Positions 1 to 10,219 of a DNA stretch of 64,000 bases are shown in pieces. The translations under genes were made by a program, and so were the position numbers. Where the stretch lies: the NCBI GenBank assembly GCA_965208125.1, contig OZ242320.1, positions 2,816,001 to 2,880,000 of the forward strand. Reading direction: 5' to 3'. Numbering within the stretch: the stretch's first letter is position 1; every line of letters begins with the position of its first letter. The DNA is from Candidatus Latescibacterota bacterium (GTDB lineage Bacteria > Latescibacterota > UBA2968). Below the pieces are notes generated by a model. The model was given only the letters and a program-made list of their open reading frames with translations, did not search any database and had not been told where the DNA came from.

Positions 1-2682
1 GGGTACCGCACGATGGACCGCGATTATATGGAGTCTATCTGGTGGGTGTTCAAACAGCTTTGGGACAAGGGCTTGATCTATGAGGGGCACAAAATTTTGC
101 CTTATTGCCCACAGGATGCGACACCTCTGTCCAATTTTGAGGCCAATCAGGGTTATGAGTCCGTGCAGGATCCGGCTATTACCGTTGCGTTCAAGCTCAA
201 AGATGAACCGGATACATATCTGCTGGCGTGGACGACGACGCCCTGGACACTGCCGTCAAATCTGGCAATGACTGTGCACGAAGATATAGATTACGTGTAT
301 GTCAAAGATGAGGATGTGACGTACGTTCTCGCTGAGGCGCGTGTGGATACCTATTATCCCTCGGGCAGACCCGAGATTGTCAGGACTGTAAAGGGGAAGG
401 AACTTCTGGGTCTGCAATACGAACCGCTTTTCCCCTATTTTGAAGATCTGCGCGCGGAGGGGGCGTTCCGCATTATTACAGCCGAGTTTGTGACCACTGA
501 AGAAGGAACGGGTATTGTCCACACGGCACCTGGATTTGGCGAAGACGATGCCGAAGCCGGTCGCGTTCACGGCGTTCCGGCTGTTTGTCCGATTGATGCC
601 GAATGCCGTTTTACGTCTGAGGTGAATGACTACGAGGGGCGTTTTGTCAAGGACTGTGATAGCGATATTGTGAATCGCTTAAAAGAGGAGGGCAAGCTCG
701 TTCACCGCTCTACACATCACCACAGTTATCCCCATTGCTGGCGGTGTGAGTCGCCCCTTATTTACAGGGCGATTTCGACGTGGTTTGTCAATATTGAGGA
801 GATTAAAGAGAAGATGCTCCGTGCAAACGCGCAGATCCACTGGGTGCCCGAACATATCAAGGCGGGACGTTTTGGCAATTGGCTGGAAAATGCGCGGGAT
901 TGGGCGATTTCTCGCAATCGCTATTGGGGTTGCCCACTTCCACTGTGGCGAAATGAGGAGACGGGTGAGACTGTGTGTGTTGGCTCTATCGGCGAGCTGG
1001 AGGAACGCACGGGTGGTAAGTTTGACGATATCCACAAGCATTTTATGGATCCCGTGATTATTGAAGGTGAAACGGGACCTCTTACCCGCGTGCCCGAAGT
1101 GCTCGATTGCTGGTTTGAGAGCGGTTCTATGCCTTATGCACAACGCCATTATCCGTTTGAAAATAAAGATTGGCTGGACGCGCATTTTCCGGCGGATTTT
1201 ATCGCGGAGGGATTGGATCAGACGCGGGGCTGGTTTTATACGCTCGTGGTGCTCGGCGCTGCCCTTTTTGACCGTCCGCCGTTTGAGAATGTCGTGGTCA
1301 ATGGCATGATTCTCGCCGAAGATGGGCGCAAAATGTCCAAGCGGTTGAAGAATTATCCCGATCCGATGCATATTATGAATACGTATGGTGCGGATGCTCT
1401 GCGTCTCAATATGCTGTCTTCACCTGTGGTGCGCGGGGAAGATCTCGCGTTTTCGGAACAGGGGGTTCAAAAGACGATGCGCAGCGTCTTGCTGCCTTTG
1501 TGGAATGCGTATAGTTTTCTGGTGACTTATGCGCGTGTTGATAACTGGCAGCCCACGTCGGAACGGTCAGATCACCCGCTTGACCGCTGGATCCGCGCGC
1601 GTTTGAATCATCTGGTGCGCGATATTCGCCAGGGTCTGGATCGCTGTCACCTGCAAACAGCGGCTACGCGATTTGCAACATTTATCGACGATATGACCAA
1701 CTGGTATATCCGACGCAGCCGGCGGCGATTCTGGAAGAGCGATAATGATAGCGATAAATTGTCTGCCTATGCGACGCTCTATCATGTGCTTTTGACGCTG
1801 GTTAAAGCATTGGCTCCTTTTGCGCCGTTTATCACGGAGACTATCTACCGGAATTTGCGCGCGAGCGATATGCCGGAGTCCGTGCATTTGTGCGATTATC
1901 CCGATGTGATCGAAGCCGATCTGGATGAGAGATTGGAACAGCAGATGGCGCGTACGCGAACAGCGGTTGGGTTGGGCAGGTTTTTGCGGAGTCAGGCCAA
2001 TGCGAGGACCCGACATCCGTTGCGTACGGCGATTCTCGTGTCCATGCAGGAGGATGTGCGCGAAGATCTCAAGGCGTTACAGGATATTGTCGCGGATGAG
2101 TTAAATGTGAAAGAGGTGGATATTCGCGACGATGAAGAAGCAGTGGTGACGCTTTCAGCAAAAGCCAATTTCAGGGCATTGGGGCCGCGTTTGGGGAAAA
2201 ATATGAGGGTGGCTGCGGAGAAGATTGCGGGTCTCGGCTTTGAGGAAATCCAATCTCTGCGCGAAGGTCACGCGCTGACATTGGAATTAGATGGTGCGGA
2301 GCCTTTAGATCTCACGGTGGATGATATTTTGATCCAGCGCGAAGAGAAAGAAGATATGGCTGTGGCCAATGAAGGCGATATTACGGTGGCGCTGGATTTG
2401 CACAGGGATGAAAATTTAGTACGCGAAGGTCTGGCGCGCGAGATTGTCCATGTGATTCAAAATATCCGGAAGGAGAAGGGGCTGGATGTATCCGATCGGA
2501 TTGCGGTGACATATATGGATAATGGCAATTCTCTGGCACCTGCTTTCGATCAGTTTCGAGATTATATCATGGGTGAAACGCTCTGTACGAGATTGGTTCG
2601 CGCAGATGAGGTGGATGGCGATGCGATTGATATAGAGGGTCAGGCCGTGCGGTTTCTCGTCGAGAAAACAAGTGTGTTCTAA
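1..2682 (+). CDS. ileS: Isoleucine--tRNA ligase, type 2 (5' end outside window)
   Basis: Frame open from position 1. Motifs WTTTPWTLPSN, GTGIVHTAP, DWAISRNRYWG, EGLDQTRGWFY and KMSKRLKNY; no C-terminal Zn finger, as expected for IleRS2. Confidence 0.96.
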   Translation, partial: GYRTMDRDYMESIWWVFKQLWDKGLIYEGHKILPYCPQDATPLSNFEANQGYESVQDPAITVAFKLKDEPDTYLLAWTTTPWTLPSNLAMTVHEDIDYVYVKDEDVTYVLAEARVDTYYPSGRPEIVRTVKGKELLGLQYEPLFPYFEDLRAEGAFRIITAEFVTTEEGTGIVHTAPGFGEDDAEAGRVHGVPAVCPIDAECRFTSEVNDYEGRFVKDCDSDIVNRLKEEGKLVHRSTHHHSYPHCWRCESPLIYRAISTWFVNIEEIKEKMLRANAQIHWVPEHIKAGRFGNWLENARDWAISRNRYWGCPLPLWRNEETGETVCVGSIGELEERTGGKFDDIHKHFMDPVIIEGETGPLTRVPEVLDCWFESGSMPYAQRHYPFENKDWLDAHFPADFIAEGLDQTRGWFYTLVVLGAALFDRPPFENVVVNGMILAEDGRKMSKRLKNYPDPMHIMNTYGADALRLNMLSSPVVRGEDLAFSEQGVQKTMRSVLLPLWNAYSFLVTYARVDNWQPTSERSDHPLDRWIRARLNHLVRDIRQGLDRCHLQTAATRFATFIDDMTNWYIRRSRRRFWKSDNDSDKLSAYATLYHVLLTLVKALAPFAPFITETIYRNLRASDMPESVHLCDYPDVIEADLDERLEQQMARTRTAVGLGRFLRSQANARTRHPLRTAILVSMQEDVREDLKALQDIVADELNVKEVDIRDDEEAVVTLSAKANFRALGPRLGKNMRVAAEKIAGLGFEEIQSLREGHALTLELDGAEPLDLTVDDILIQREEKEDMAVANEGDITVALDLHRDENLVREGLAREIVHVIQNIRKEKGLDVSDRIAVTYMDNGNSLAPAFDQFRDYIMGETLCTRLVRADEVDGDAIDIEGQAVRFLVEKTSVF

Positions 2683-2720
2683 AATCAGCGGCTCGGTGTA
2701 CAAAGAAAGAAAGGGCTACG

Positions 2721-5168
2721 ATGCAACATCACGCACGGGTCGTTATTATCGGTGCTGGTATTGCCGGCACCAGTGTCGCCTATCACCTTGGACAACTGGG
2801 GTGGAGGGACATTGTGGTCCTGGAAAAGGGGCCTCTGTTCAAAACCGGCGGCTCGACCTCCCACGCCCCTGGCCTCGTTTTCCAGGTCAATGTTTCGCGC
2901 ATGATGTCTGTCTTTGCACGCGAGACGACCCAGCTCTACCAACGCCTCAGTTCATCCGGCGACGAGTCATTGTGGTTTGAGGTCGGCGGATTGGAAGTCG
3001 CGACGACGCCCGAGCGGTTCAACGACCTCAAGCGCAAGGTCGGGGCCGGTCGGGCCTGGGGCATTGATACAGGCTTGCTCGGTCCGGCGGAAGCCCGTGC
3101 GAAGATCTCCCTTCTGTCCGATTCGATCTACGGTGCGCTGTACACGCCGAGTGACGGCATTGCACGGGCCTGGCAACTGGCCGAGGCTATGGCCGATCAC
3201 GCTCAGGCTGGTGGGGCCGCGAGGTTTTATGGAAATACCACAGTAACCGGCATTGACGTGGTTGAGGGGCGCGTGGTTGCGGTGCATACCGATCGCGGGC
3301 ATATCCGCACCGAGGCCATTGTCTGCGCCGCCGGGATATGGGGGCGCCTGATCGGTCAGATGGCTGGCGTTTCCCTGCCTCTGGTGCCTTTTTGTCACCT
3401 GTACGCCGAAACAGATCCTTTGCCCGAACTCGCTGGCGAAACCGTGCAGTATCGGCACCCTATTCTCCGCCATCAGGACCGGGCGATCTACTGTCGGCAA
3501 GAGGGCCAGGCCTACATCATCGGCTCCTACGACCACGAGCCTGTGCGCGTCGAGCCGGAGAATATCGAATCGCACGCGGAAGCCCTCGAGATGCCCTCAA
3601 TGCGACCCTGGTCGGCTGCGGCCTTTCGCAAGGGGATGATCTCGGCTGGCGAATTGCTGCCTGCACTCAGCCGCGCCGCGCTGACCCGCAAGGTCAACGG
3701 CCTGTTGCTGTTTACGCCAGACGGAATGCCCGTGCTCGGCGAAGCTCCTAACGTCAAGGGGTTTTGGTCGGCCGAGGCGGTGTGGATCACGCATGCTGGC
3801 GGTGTCGGCAAGGCGGTCGCCGAATGGATGGCAAATGGTCAGCCAACCATGGATTTGCGCCACGCCGACCTCGCCCGCTTCCTTCCCTTCCAACGCACCG
3901 CGTCTTATACCGTCCAGCGCAGTACGCAGCAATACCGTGAGGTGTACGACATCATTCATCCGGCGCAGCCGATAGACGCCCCGCGCGGCCTGCGTCTTCT
4001 TCCATACCACCAACGCTATCGGGAACTGGGGGCCGTTTTTATCGAAAGCGCGGGATGGGAACGGCCTCAGTGGTTTGAGACCAACGCGGTCCCCACTGAC
4101 CACAGTCACACCCGCAGCGGCTGGGCGGCGCGTTTTTGGTCGCCGATCATCGGCACAGAGCACCGCGCTGTCCGCGAGCGCGTGGGGCTTTTTGACCTGA
4201 CTCCGTTTGCCAAATTTCGTGTATTCGGGCCCGGGGCCCTGACGTTTTTGGACTATTTGGCCGCCAACCGCATGGACCAACCCCAGGGCCGTATTACCTA
4301 TACCTCAATGCTTACGCCACAGGGGGGCATCCAGTGCGATCTTACTGTAACACGCCTTGCCGACGATCAATTCCTCATCGTCACAGGTGGTAGTACCGCC
4401 AAGCGCGACAAAGCGTGGATCCGCCGCCACATGCCCACAGATGGCTCGGTTGTCCTGTCCGATGAGAGCAGCCGCTGGTGTTGTTTAGGCGTTTGGGGTC
4501 CCAGGGCTCGCGAACTACTGCGTCGCATTACCGACGCTGACGTGTCTGACCACGCATTTCCCTACCTGACTGCGCAGCATCTCGACATCGGCGCGATTCC
4601 GGTTCTTGCTTTGCGGATTTCCTATGTCGGCGAACTCGGCTGGGAACTTTACGCGCCGTTTGAGTTTGGGCAAGCTCTGTGGGATGAACTTTGGCAAGCC
4701 GGACAGCCAGATGGCGCAATTGCCGCCGGGCTGGGAGCCTTTGAGTCCCTGAGGCTCGAAAAGGGCTATCGGCTTTGGGGCAACGAACTCCACACTGAGT
4801 ACAATCCGCTGGAGGCCGGGCTATCTTTTGCAGTGCGGATGGAGAAGGGGGACTTCATCGGGCGTGCGGCTCTCGCCAGGACCCGTGAGCAAGGTTCGGC
4901 GCGAAAACTCTGCTGTCTGACCCTCGACGCACCAAACGCGGTGGTGATGGGGAACGAGTCGATTTGGATTGACGACAGAATATGCGGTTATGTCACCAGT
5001 GCCAACTACGGCTATTCCATTGACCGCGGTATCGCCTACTGTTATCTGCCGGTGCAACACGCCCGCGTGGGAACTCAGGTTGAGATCGAATACTTTGGTG
5101 AGTCTCTCCCAGCTACGGTCGCTTCCGAACCCCTGTGGGATCCGCAGATGACGCGCCTCAAGTGCTGA
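2721..5168 (+). CDS. FAD-dependent oxidoreductase fused to a GcvT domain (dimethylglycine/sarcosine dehydrogenase or oxidase family)
   Basis: GAGIAG FAD motif, GSTSHAPG flavinylation His, FTPDGMP, and C-terminal folate-binding motifs SYVGELGWE and LRLEKGY. Confidence 0.9.
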   Translation: MQHHARVVIIGAGIAGTSVAYHLGQLGWRDIVVLEKGPLFKTGGSTSHAPGLVFQVNVSRMMSVFARETTQLYQRLSSSGDESLWFEVGGLEVATTPERFNDLKRKVGAGRAWGIDTGLLGPAEARAKISLLSDSIYGALYTPSDGIARAWQLAEAMADHAQAGGAARFYGNTTVTGIDVVEGRVVAVHTDRGHIRTEAIVCAAGIWGRLIGQMAGVSLPLVPFCHLYAETDPLPELAGETVQYRHPILRHQDRAIYCRQEGQAYIIGSYDHEPVRVEPENIESHAEALEMPSMRPWSAAAFRKGMISAGELLPALSRAALTRKVNGLLLFTPDGMPVLGEAPNVKGFWSAEAVWITHAGGVGKAVAEWMANGQPTMDLRHADLARFLPFQRTASYTVQRSTQQYREVYDIIHPAQPIDAPRGLRLLPYHQRYRELGAVFIESAGWERPQWFETNAVPTDHSHTRSGWAARFWSPIIGTEHRAVRERVGLFDLTPFAKFRVFGPGALTFLDYLAANRMDQPQGRITYTSMLTPQGGIQCDLTVTRLADDQFLIVTGGSTAKRDKAWIRRHMPTDGSVVLSDESSRWCCLGVWGPRARELLRRITDADVSDHAFPYLTAQHLDIGAIPVLALRISYVGELGWELYAPFEFGQALWDELWQAGQPDGAIAAGLGAFESLRLEKGYRLWGNELHTEYNPLEAGLSFAVRMEKGDFIGRAALARTREQGSARKLCCLTLDAPNAVVMGNESIWIDDRICGYVTSANYGYSIDRGIAYCYLPVQHARVGTQVEIEYFGESLPATVASEPLWDPQMTRLKC

Positions 5169-5189
5169 GAACCTGGCAGGTTGCTAAAA

Positions 5190-5222
5190 AATAATACGCC
5201 CTCCTTTCGGGGGCGTATTATT
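5190..5222. terminator. Hairpin between convergent genes, likely bidirectional terminator
   Basis: AATAATACGCCC-N9-GGGCGTATTATT perfect 12-bp stem with an A-run on the left (U-tail on the minus strand). Confidence 0.8.
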
Positions 5223-5246
5223 GTCTCAGGTGATTGGAGCACTCTG

Positions 5247-6557
5247 TTAGTTGACGTAATCGCGGCCTTTGCGCTGCGCCACCTCGCGGATGTTGGGGTT
5301 TACCGATGGGCGAAAGGGCACCTCGACGATCTCGGCGGGCACCGCGCAGTCGCCGTATTCGGGGGGAAGGTAGATGCACAGGGCTGTTCCGATGGCCCGC
5401 ATTTCCCAGGGCACATAAGCCAGCGCGATGTTGGTTTCCAACTCGGGCGAAAACCACGGCGAGGTGACGTATCCGAGCGGATCACCACCCTCGGCGGTAC
5501 TGATCAGCCAGAAGTCGTGGGCATAGTCCGTCACCGGCATTCCTCCGAAGGTGATCCCGACCAGTACATTGCGAAATGGGGGTCTCCCAGCCTCGATGGC
5601 CGCCCGCACTTCGTTGAGCTTTTGCTTGCCGATGTAATCGGCCTTCTTTTTGCGGGGCACCTGGTAGCCGAGGTTGCACTGGAACGGCAGGGTTTCCTGG
5701 TCCATGTCCTGACCCCAGGAGAGGATGCCTGCAGCGATGCGCCGATGATGGGCCGGGGCAATGACCATCAGTTGGTGCCGCTCGCCAGCTTTGAGCAGCG
5801 CGTCCCACAGATCTTCGGCGTACAGGGTGGCGTCTCTGAGGTAGATTTCGTAGCCTTTTTCGCCGGTGAAGCCGGTTTGCGAAACCACGACCGGGTGTCC
5901 GGCCACCTCCCCTTCCATCAAGCCATAAAACGGTATATCGCGCACGCGCTCGCCAAACAGATCAACCATCAACGCCTCGGACTTCGGCCCTTGAATTTGC
6001 ACCGGTGCCACATCGATTTCGCCGATGGACACGTCGTAGCCCAGCCCTACGTTGACACCGCGCAACCACAGTTCCAGGTCGCTGTCTGCCAGCGAAAACC
6101 AGTACTCGTCCTCGGCGAGGCGCAACAGTACCGGGTCGTTGAGTATGCCGCCATCTTCGTTGCAGAGGATGACGTATTTGCCGTGCATTGGTTTGATGAG
6201 GGTGGCGTCGCGGGTGATGACGTAGTTGACAAAGGCGGCGGCGTCTGGTCCCTTCACCTGAATCTGACGCTCGACTGCCACGTTCCACAGCGAGACGTGG
6301 TTGACCAGTGCGTCGTATTCGGTCATAGCCCCACCATCTTGCGGGCGCACATAGCCGCGCGGGTGGTATATGCGGTTGTACACGGTGGCACGCCAGCACC
6401 CGGCCTCCATTGACAGGTGCCAATACGGCGATTTGCGGACGCGGGTGGAAATGAGCATTTCCACCGGGGTTGCACCGGACTGGCGGAGATTAATGGGCAC
6501 GCGCCGGTCAGACTGATCTACGCTGGTGCATTGGGTAACTGATCGGAGGCGGTTCAT
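5247..6557 (-). CDS. Aminomethyltransferase (GcvT/DmdA-like) THF-dependent demethylase
   Basis: RVRKSPY, LWNVAVERQI, GGILNDPVLLRL, QTGFTGEKGYEIY, RRIAAGILSWG; SD AGGAG upstream. Confidence 0.85.
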   Translation of the reverse strand: MNRLRSVTQCTSVDQSDRRVPINLRQSGATPVEMLISTRVRKSPYWHLSMEAGCWRATVYNRIYHPRGYVRPQDGGAMTEYDALVNHVSLWNVAVERQIQVKGPDAAAFVNYVITRDATLIKPMHGKYVILCNEDGGILNDPVLLRLAEDEYWFSLADSDLELWLRGVNVGLGYDVSIGEIDVAPVQIQGPKSEALMVDLFGERVRDIPFYGLMEGEVAGHPVVVSQTGFTGEKGYEIYLRDATLYAEDLWDALLKAGERHQLMVIAPAHHRRIAAGILSWGQDMDQETLPFQCNLGYQVPRKKKADYIGKQKLNEVRAAIEAGRPPFRNVLVGITFGGMPVTDYAHDFWLISTAEGGDPLGYVTSPWFSPELETNIALAYVPWEMRAIGTALCIYLPPEYGDCAVPAEIVEVPFRPSVNPNIREVAQRKGRDYVN

Positions 6558-6634
6558 GGAAAATCTCCTGTTGATAATGCAATGGGACCTCAGGCTGGCT
6601 ACAGGGACAACCAGTAGATGATTCTTCGAATTGT

Positions 6635-6892
6635 TCAGTTGAGATGGCTTCTTGTCCTGCTTTTATACAACCCCAAAATCCCCACCGCGATCAATACGCC
6701 CGCTGTTGGTCCCGCTATGTCCAATCCCAGCCAGAATCCTTCTTTCCACTCGATGCTCTCTGTGCCGAACATTTCATCTACGACGACTACCTGCTGCTTG
6801 TTCTTCGTAAAGATTTGCGTTCCGTCTATTACCCACTTTGCACCTATACCTATCGCGAGTATAAATGTGATTATGCTGACGGTTTTCCACAT
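6635..6892 (-). CDS. Small two-TM hypothetical membrane protein
   Basis: Two hydrophobic segments; SD GGAG upstream; co-oriented with its neighbours. Confidence 0.7.
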   Translation of the reverse strand: MWKTVSIITFILAIGIGAKWVIDGTQIFTKNKQQVVVVDEMFGTESIEWKEGFWLGLDIAGPTAGVLIAVGILGLYKSRTRSHLN

Positions 6893-6910
6893 GGGTTCTC
6901 CACACAGGTG

Positions 6911-8053
6911 TTAATAAAACACATGCAGTTGTAATGCGTAACGCGATGAGCGAAAGGTCTCTGTGTCGAGGATGCGATATTCGGGGCGCAGTTCAATTTG
7001 GGGTGTGAGAAATATTTGCATGCCAAGTACGGCCTGCCGAGTCATCAAATCAACAGGGCGTGCTGATGCGCGGATATGCGTTATTTCGCTGGTTTCTCCT
7101 CGCGCGAACAAAAGCAGTCCGGGGATTGCTTGAAGCGTGATATCAAGTGAAGCGGTTTTTGCTTCTTGCACATCTTCCTTATCGGATAGGACATATTCGG
7201 CCATGAGGGCGATCTTGTCCTGCGATCCGACGCCCGCAAAGAGATTTGTCATCAAAAAGTCGCCGTTTTTGAGCCACGATCCTCCCAGATAAAAATTCAT
7301 TCTTTGTTCGACCAATCTGGGCCACAATACGATACGTCCCAGGAATGAGGGTTTATCGCGGTTTTCGATCAAAGAGGCGTTTTGTACGGTGTTTTCAGAG
7401 AGTGCGCGGGCAGAATAAATACCTGCGGTTAGGGATAGCCACAGTTTTTTGTAATAGTGTACTTCTGCGCCGTATTCTGCGTAATTGGGCGCGATTAGCG
7501 ATGTGGCTCCGGCAACGTCTGGTGTTTGGCGCACGAGCATGGTGTGGTCGTCATACCGCATGCCAATGGTTGGCTGGAAATGCCCGACGCGCAATGCGGG
7601 CCAGTTGTAATTGGGTTGATAAATCGCCGATGCTGTCCACGCGCGCTGTCCCGCGTATTTTTCGGGGCCAAAATTATAAGAGCCTTCGATTTTCAGGGCA
7701 TTTGAGGGGCGGACAACACTGTATAGCGCAACTTGCATCGGGAATACTTTGCGCTCGGCTTCTGGCGATGTATGAGATCGCGCCATTTGTCCGCGGAGGT
7801 CTGCGCCCATGAGTACCAGGCCATCGGCATAAGCGGTTTTGCCCGGTAAGACGTAATTGGGTGCGAGCAATCCCACGCCGTCCATTGAGTACTGTCCCAA
7901 TTCGTCTCGCTGCGCTCCGCCCTGCGCGGTGATGTGACAGTTCACACATCGATTGGCCGTCAATAATGCAAATTGCGAAAGGGCATCCGCTTGCCCGACC
8001 CATCCCAGCAGGATTAATAGTCCCAACAATCGAAAACGTTTTGTCTTGGTCAC
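6911..8053 (-). CDS. Outer-membrane beta-barrel protein with a single N-terminal CxxCH heme motif
   Basis: Signal peptide ending ADA, then CVNCH; amphipathic strands; C-terminal LQLHVFY beta-signal. Confidence 0.7.
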   Translation of the reverse strand: MTKTKRFRLLGLLILLGWVGQADALSQFALLTANRCVNCHITAQGGAQRDELGQYSMDGVGLLAPNYVLPGKTAYADGLVLMGADLRGQMARSHTSPEAERKVFPMQVALYSVVRPSNALKIEGSYNFGPEKYAGQRAWTASAIYQPNYNWPALRVGHFQPTIGMRYDDHTMLVRQTPDVAGATSLIAPNYAEYGAEVHYYKKLWLSLTAGIYSARALSENTVQNASLIENRDKPSFLGRIVLWPRLVEQRMNFYLGGSWLKNGDFLMTNLFAGVGSQDKIALMAEYVLSDKEDVQEAKTASLDITLQAIPGLLLFARGETSEITHIRASARPVDLMTRQAVLGMQIFLTPQIELRPEYRILDTETFRSSRYALQLHVFY

Positions 8054-8077
8054 ACTTCAATCCTTGGATTTTAAAGT

Positions 8078-8635
8078 CTAAAAAGTCTGCCCGTCTCCGG
8101 GGGGATTGCCGCCGAAAATTACTTGTTGGCCGGTCAGGTCGCGCAGGAAGATCTGCAGGCGGATGATGTGTACATTGCCCGCTCCCATGCGCATATTCAG
8201 GCCATCTATAACATCGAGGGTCATAAAATCGAAATTTTGCAAAAGAAAATTGGCTCCATCGAGATAATCTTCGAAGGCGGCTTCAAGTTCCTCGATGTGC
8301 AATCTGAGCAGATACGGATTTGCGGGACGCATGTCGTGCAAGGTAGATTGAATGGCGTGAATCCGCGCGATCATGGTGTTTATGAATTGCCGCGACCAGT
8401 AGCGTGGGATCAAGTTATTCGTGATCTCGGCGGTTACGCCGGCGTATTCTATAAAAAAGACGTCAATAGATGTAAACGCCTGGTGGATGTCGGCGATATA
8501 GGCGTTGACTTCATCCACAGTGACGTGGTCATACGGCTGTTCAGCAGATGGTTCGGGCGCAGGGGTCACGGGATTGGACGAACCACATCCCGTGTACAAC
8601 GCCAGCAGTGCAAAACACAAAATCCATCGTTTCAT
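8078..8635 (-). CDS. Hypothetical lipoprotein
   Basis: MKRW-hydrophobic stretch-YTGC lipobox, followed by a Pro-rich linker. Confidence 0.75.
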   Translation of the reverse strand: MKRWILCFALLALYTGCGSSNPVTPAPEPSAEQPYDHVTVDEVNAYIADIHQAFTSIDVFFIEYAGVTAEITNNLIPRYWSRQFINTMIARIHAIQSTLHDMRPANPYLLRLHIEELEAAFEDYLDGANFLLQNFDFMTLDVIDGLNMRMGAGNVHIIRLQIFLRDLTGQQVIFGGNPPGDGQTF

Positions 8636-8642
8636 AAATGCC

Positions 8643-9158
8643 TCATTCGTTTTGTCCCATATAAAGCAGACGCCGTTTCTGATATCTCCTGGTATTGTTT
8701 AAAAAACGCGCGACTTCGTCATCTGACAATGTGCGACGCAGTTTGGCGGGTACTCCGGCGACAAGTGTGCGCGGCGCGACCTCTGCGCCTTCCAATACCA
8801 GCGCGTGGGCAGCCACCAGCGCGGATTCGCCTACTGCCGAGCCAGTTAATACGGTTGCCCCCATTCCGATGGTTACGCCCTGTTCTATTCGACAACCGTG
8901 CAAGATAGCATTGTGTCCCACGGTTACATTTTTGCCGACATTACAGGGATAACCCGGGTCGGTATGCACGACAGTGCCGTCCTGGATATTCGATCCTTCG
9001 CCGATCACAATGGGTTCAACATCGCCCCGAATCACGGCATTGAACCAGATGCTCGCATGTGCTTCAATCACCACGTCGCCAATTACAACAGCACCGGGCG
9101 CGATATAGGCCGACGGATCTATGTGAGGGGTTTTGTCCTTATAAGGCAAAATTGTCAT
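8643..9158 (-). CDS. Gamma-class carbonic anhydrase family protein (YrdA/PaaY-like)
   Basis: Hexapeptide repeats, IRGD, SNIQDG, HTD, GHNAILHGC; start placed at MTILPY after SD GGAG. Confidence 0.92.
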   Translation of the reverse strand: MTILPYKDKTPHIDPSAYIAPGAVVIGDVVIEAHASIWFNAVIRGDVEPIVIGEGSNIQDGTVVHTDPGYPCNVGKNVTVGHNAILHGCRIEQGVTIGMGATVLTGSAVGESALVAAHALVLEGAEVAPRTLVAGVPAKLRRTLSDDEVARFLNNTRRYQKRRLLYMGQNE

Positions 9159-9162
9159 TGCG

Positions 9163-10125
9163 CTATCTCCGCTTGTTACCCTCAACAGGCCCCAGTGTGA
9201 AGGTTTCGCCGCTTTGCGTGGCTCTGGCACCTGTCACCAGCCCGCTTACAAAACCAAAGATGCCAAAAATTGCAGCGGCCCAGATTGTTGTCTCTTTGAC
9301 GTCGGCATTGGCCTGCCAGGCGGCAAGTGCTCCGGTCAATGCGCCTGTTACGGCTCCTCCAATTCCCTGTAAAATTGCCCGTTCCATCGCCGCGGAACCG
9401 CGTTCCCCAAAGAATTGCACTTTGTGAATTTTATCTACGGCGATTTTTTGAACGCTCAATTCCGTCTCGATCAAAATGTTATCATCGTCATAGGCGGGCA
9501 AAAATTCGCCTTTGATTTGTTTTCCATCCTTCAGGGTGACCATTCCGGGAAAGCGCGTTTGCACCTGGAAGCGCGTCCTGCGTTCTTCAAAAGATATGGC
9601 ATCCTCGGTATATTGCGGGTAGGTATCGTCTATTTTGGAGGAGTCTGCAATTGTGTACTCGCCTTTCACGATTTCATCGAAGTGTTCGATATATTCTCTC
9701 AGGCGGCGCAGATTATTTTCACTTTGCACATTCACCAGCCGCGTTTCAATGCGAGGGCCTGATCGATATTGAATTTTTATGGCGAGTTTGCCGTTGTCTT
9801 GTTTCATAAATTCGGCAAATTGAAATCCCGCTACGCCCAGATGCAAGATTGGAAGATTTATTTTTTGAGTATAAATAGTTACCCCCTGAAACAAAGCGTA
9901 GCGATTGCTTTCTTCTAAATCGATTTGAGGACCCACCCGGGGACTTAATACGATGCGCGTACCCGATACCTGCCGCACATCGACAATCTCCCAACCATCA
10001 TGTCCCAATTGGTAAATCCCGCGCTCGTATTGCGTTTTGTTTTCGCTTTCTGCTGCCCGAACAGGACAAAGGGAAAAAAGCAAAAAGCTCATCGCAGTAA
10101 TCAATGAAACCGATTTTTTAATCAT
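9163..10125 (-). CDS. Hypothetical exported protein with C-terminal Gly-rich membrane hairpin
   Basis: Signal peptide (VRA-A); C-terminal GxxxG-rich hydrophobic helices; SD GAGGAG. Confidence 0.7.
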   Translation of the reverse strand: MIKKSVSLITAMSFLLFSLCPVRAAESENKTQYERGIYQLGHDGWEIVDVRQVSGTRIVLSPRVGPQIDLEESNRYALFQGVTIYTQKINLPILHLGVAGFQFAEFMKQDNGKLAIKIQYRSGPRIETRLVNVQSENNLRRLREYIEHFDEIVKGEYTIADSSKIDDTYPQYTEDAISFEERRTRFQVQTRFPGMVTLKDGKQIKGEFLPAYDDDNILIETELSVQKIAVDKIHKVQFFGERGSAAMERAILQGIGGAVTGALTGALAAWQANADVKETTIWAAAIFGIFGFVSGLVTGARATQSGETFTLGPVEGNKRR

Positions 10126-10182
10126 GAGGTCTCCTCTGATATGAACAAATAACAGCAAATTTTATGTATCTATCCCCTTTAG

Positions 10183-10211
10183 CGGGCAAGCACAGAGGCA
10201 CCGCCCCTACA
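10183..10211 (-). repeat. REP-like element (GTAG-GGGC...GCCC)
   Basis: Minus strand reads TGTAGGGGCGGTGCCTCTGTGCTTGCCCG; a related copy lies at about 58592. Confidence 0.6.
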
Positions 10212-10219
10212 TTTGACTT

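Noticed and set aside
5181-6413. 410-aa plus-strand ORF
   Set aside because: Antisense shadow of the GcvT-like gene; no recognisable motifs.
6558-6634. Possible glycine or THF riboswitch upstream of the GcvT-like gene
   Set aside because: The region is short and lacks the conserved aptamer motifs.
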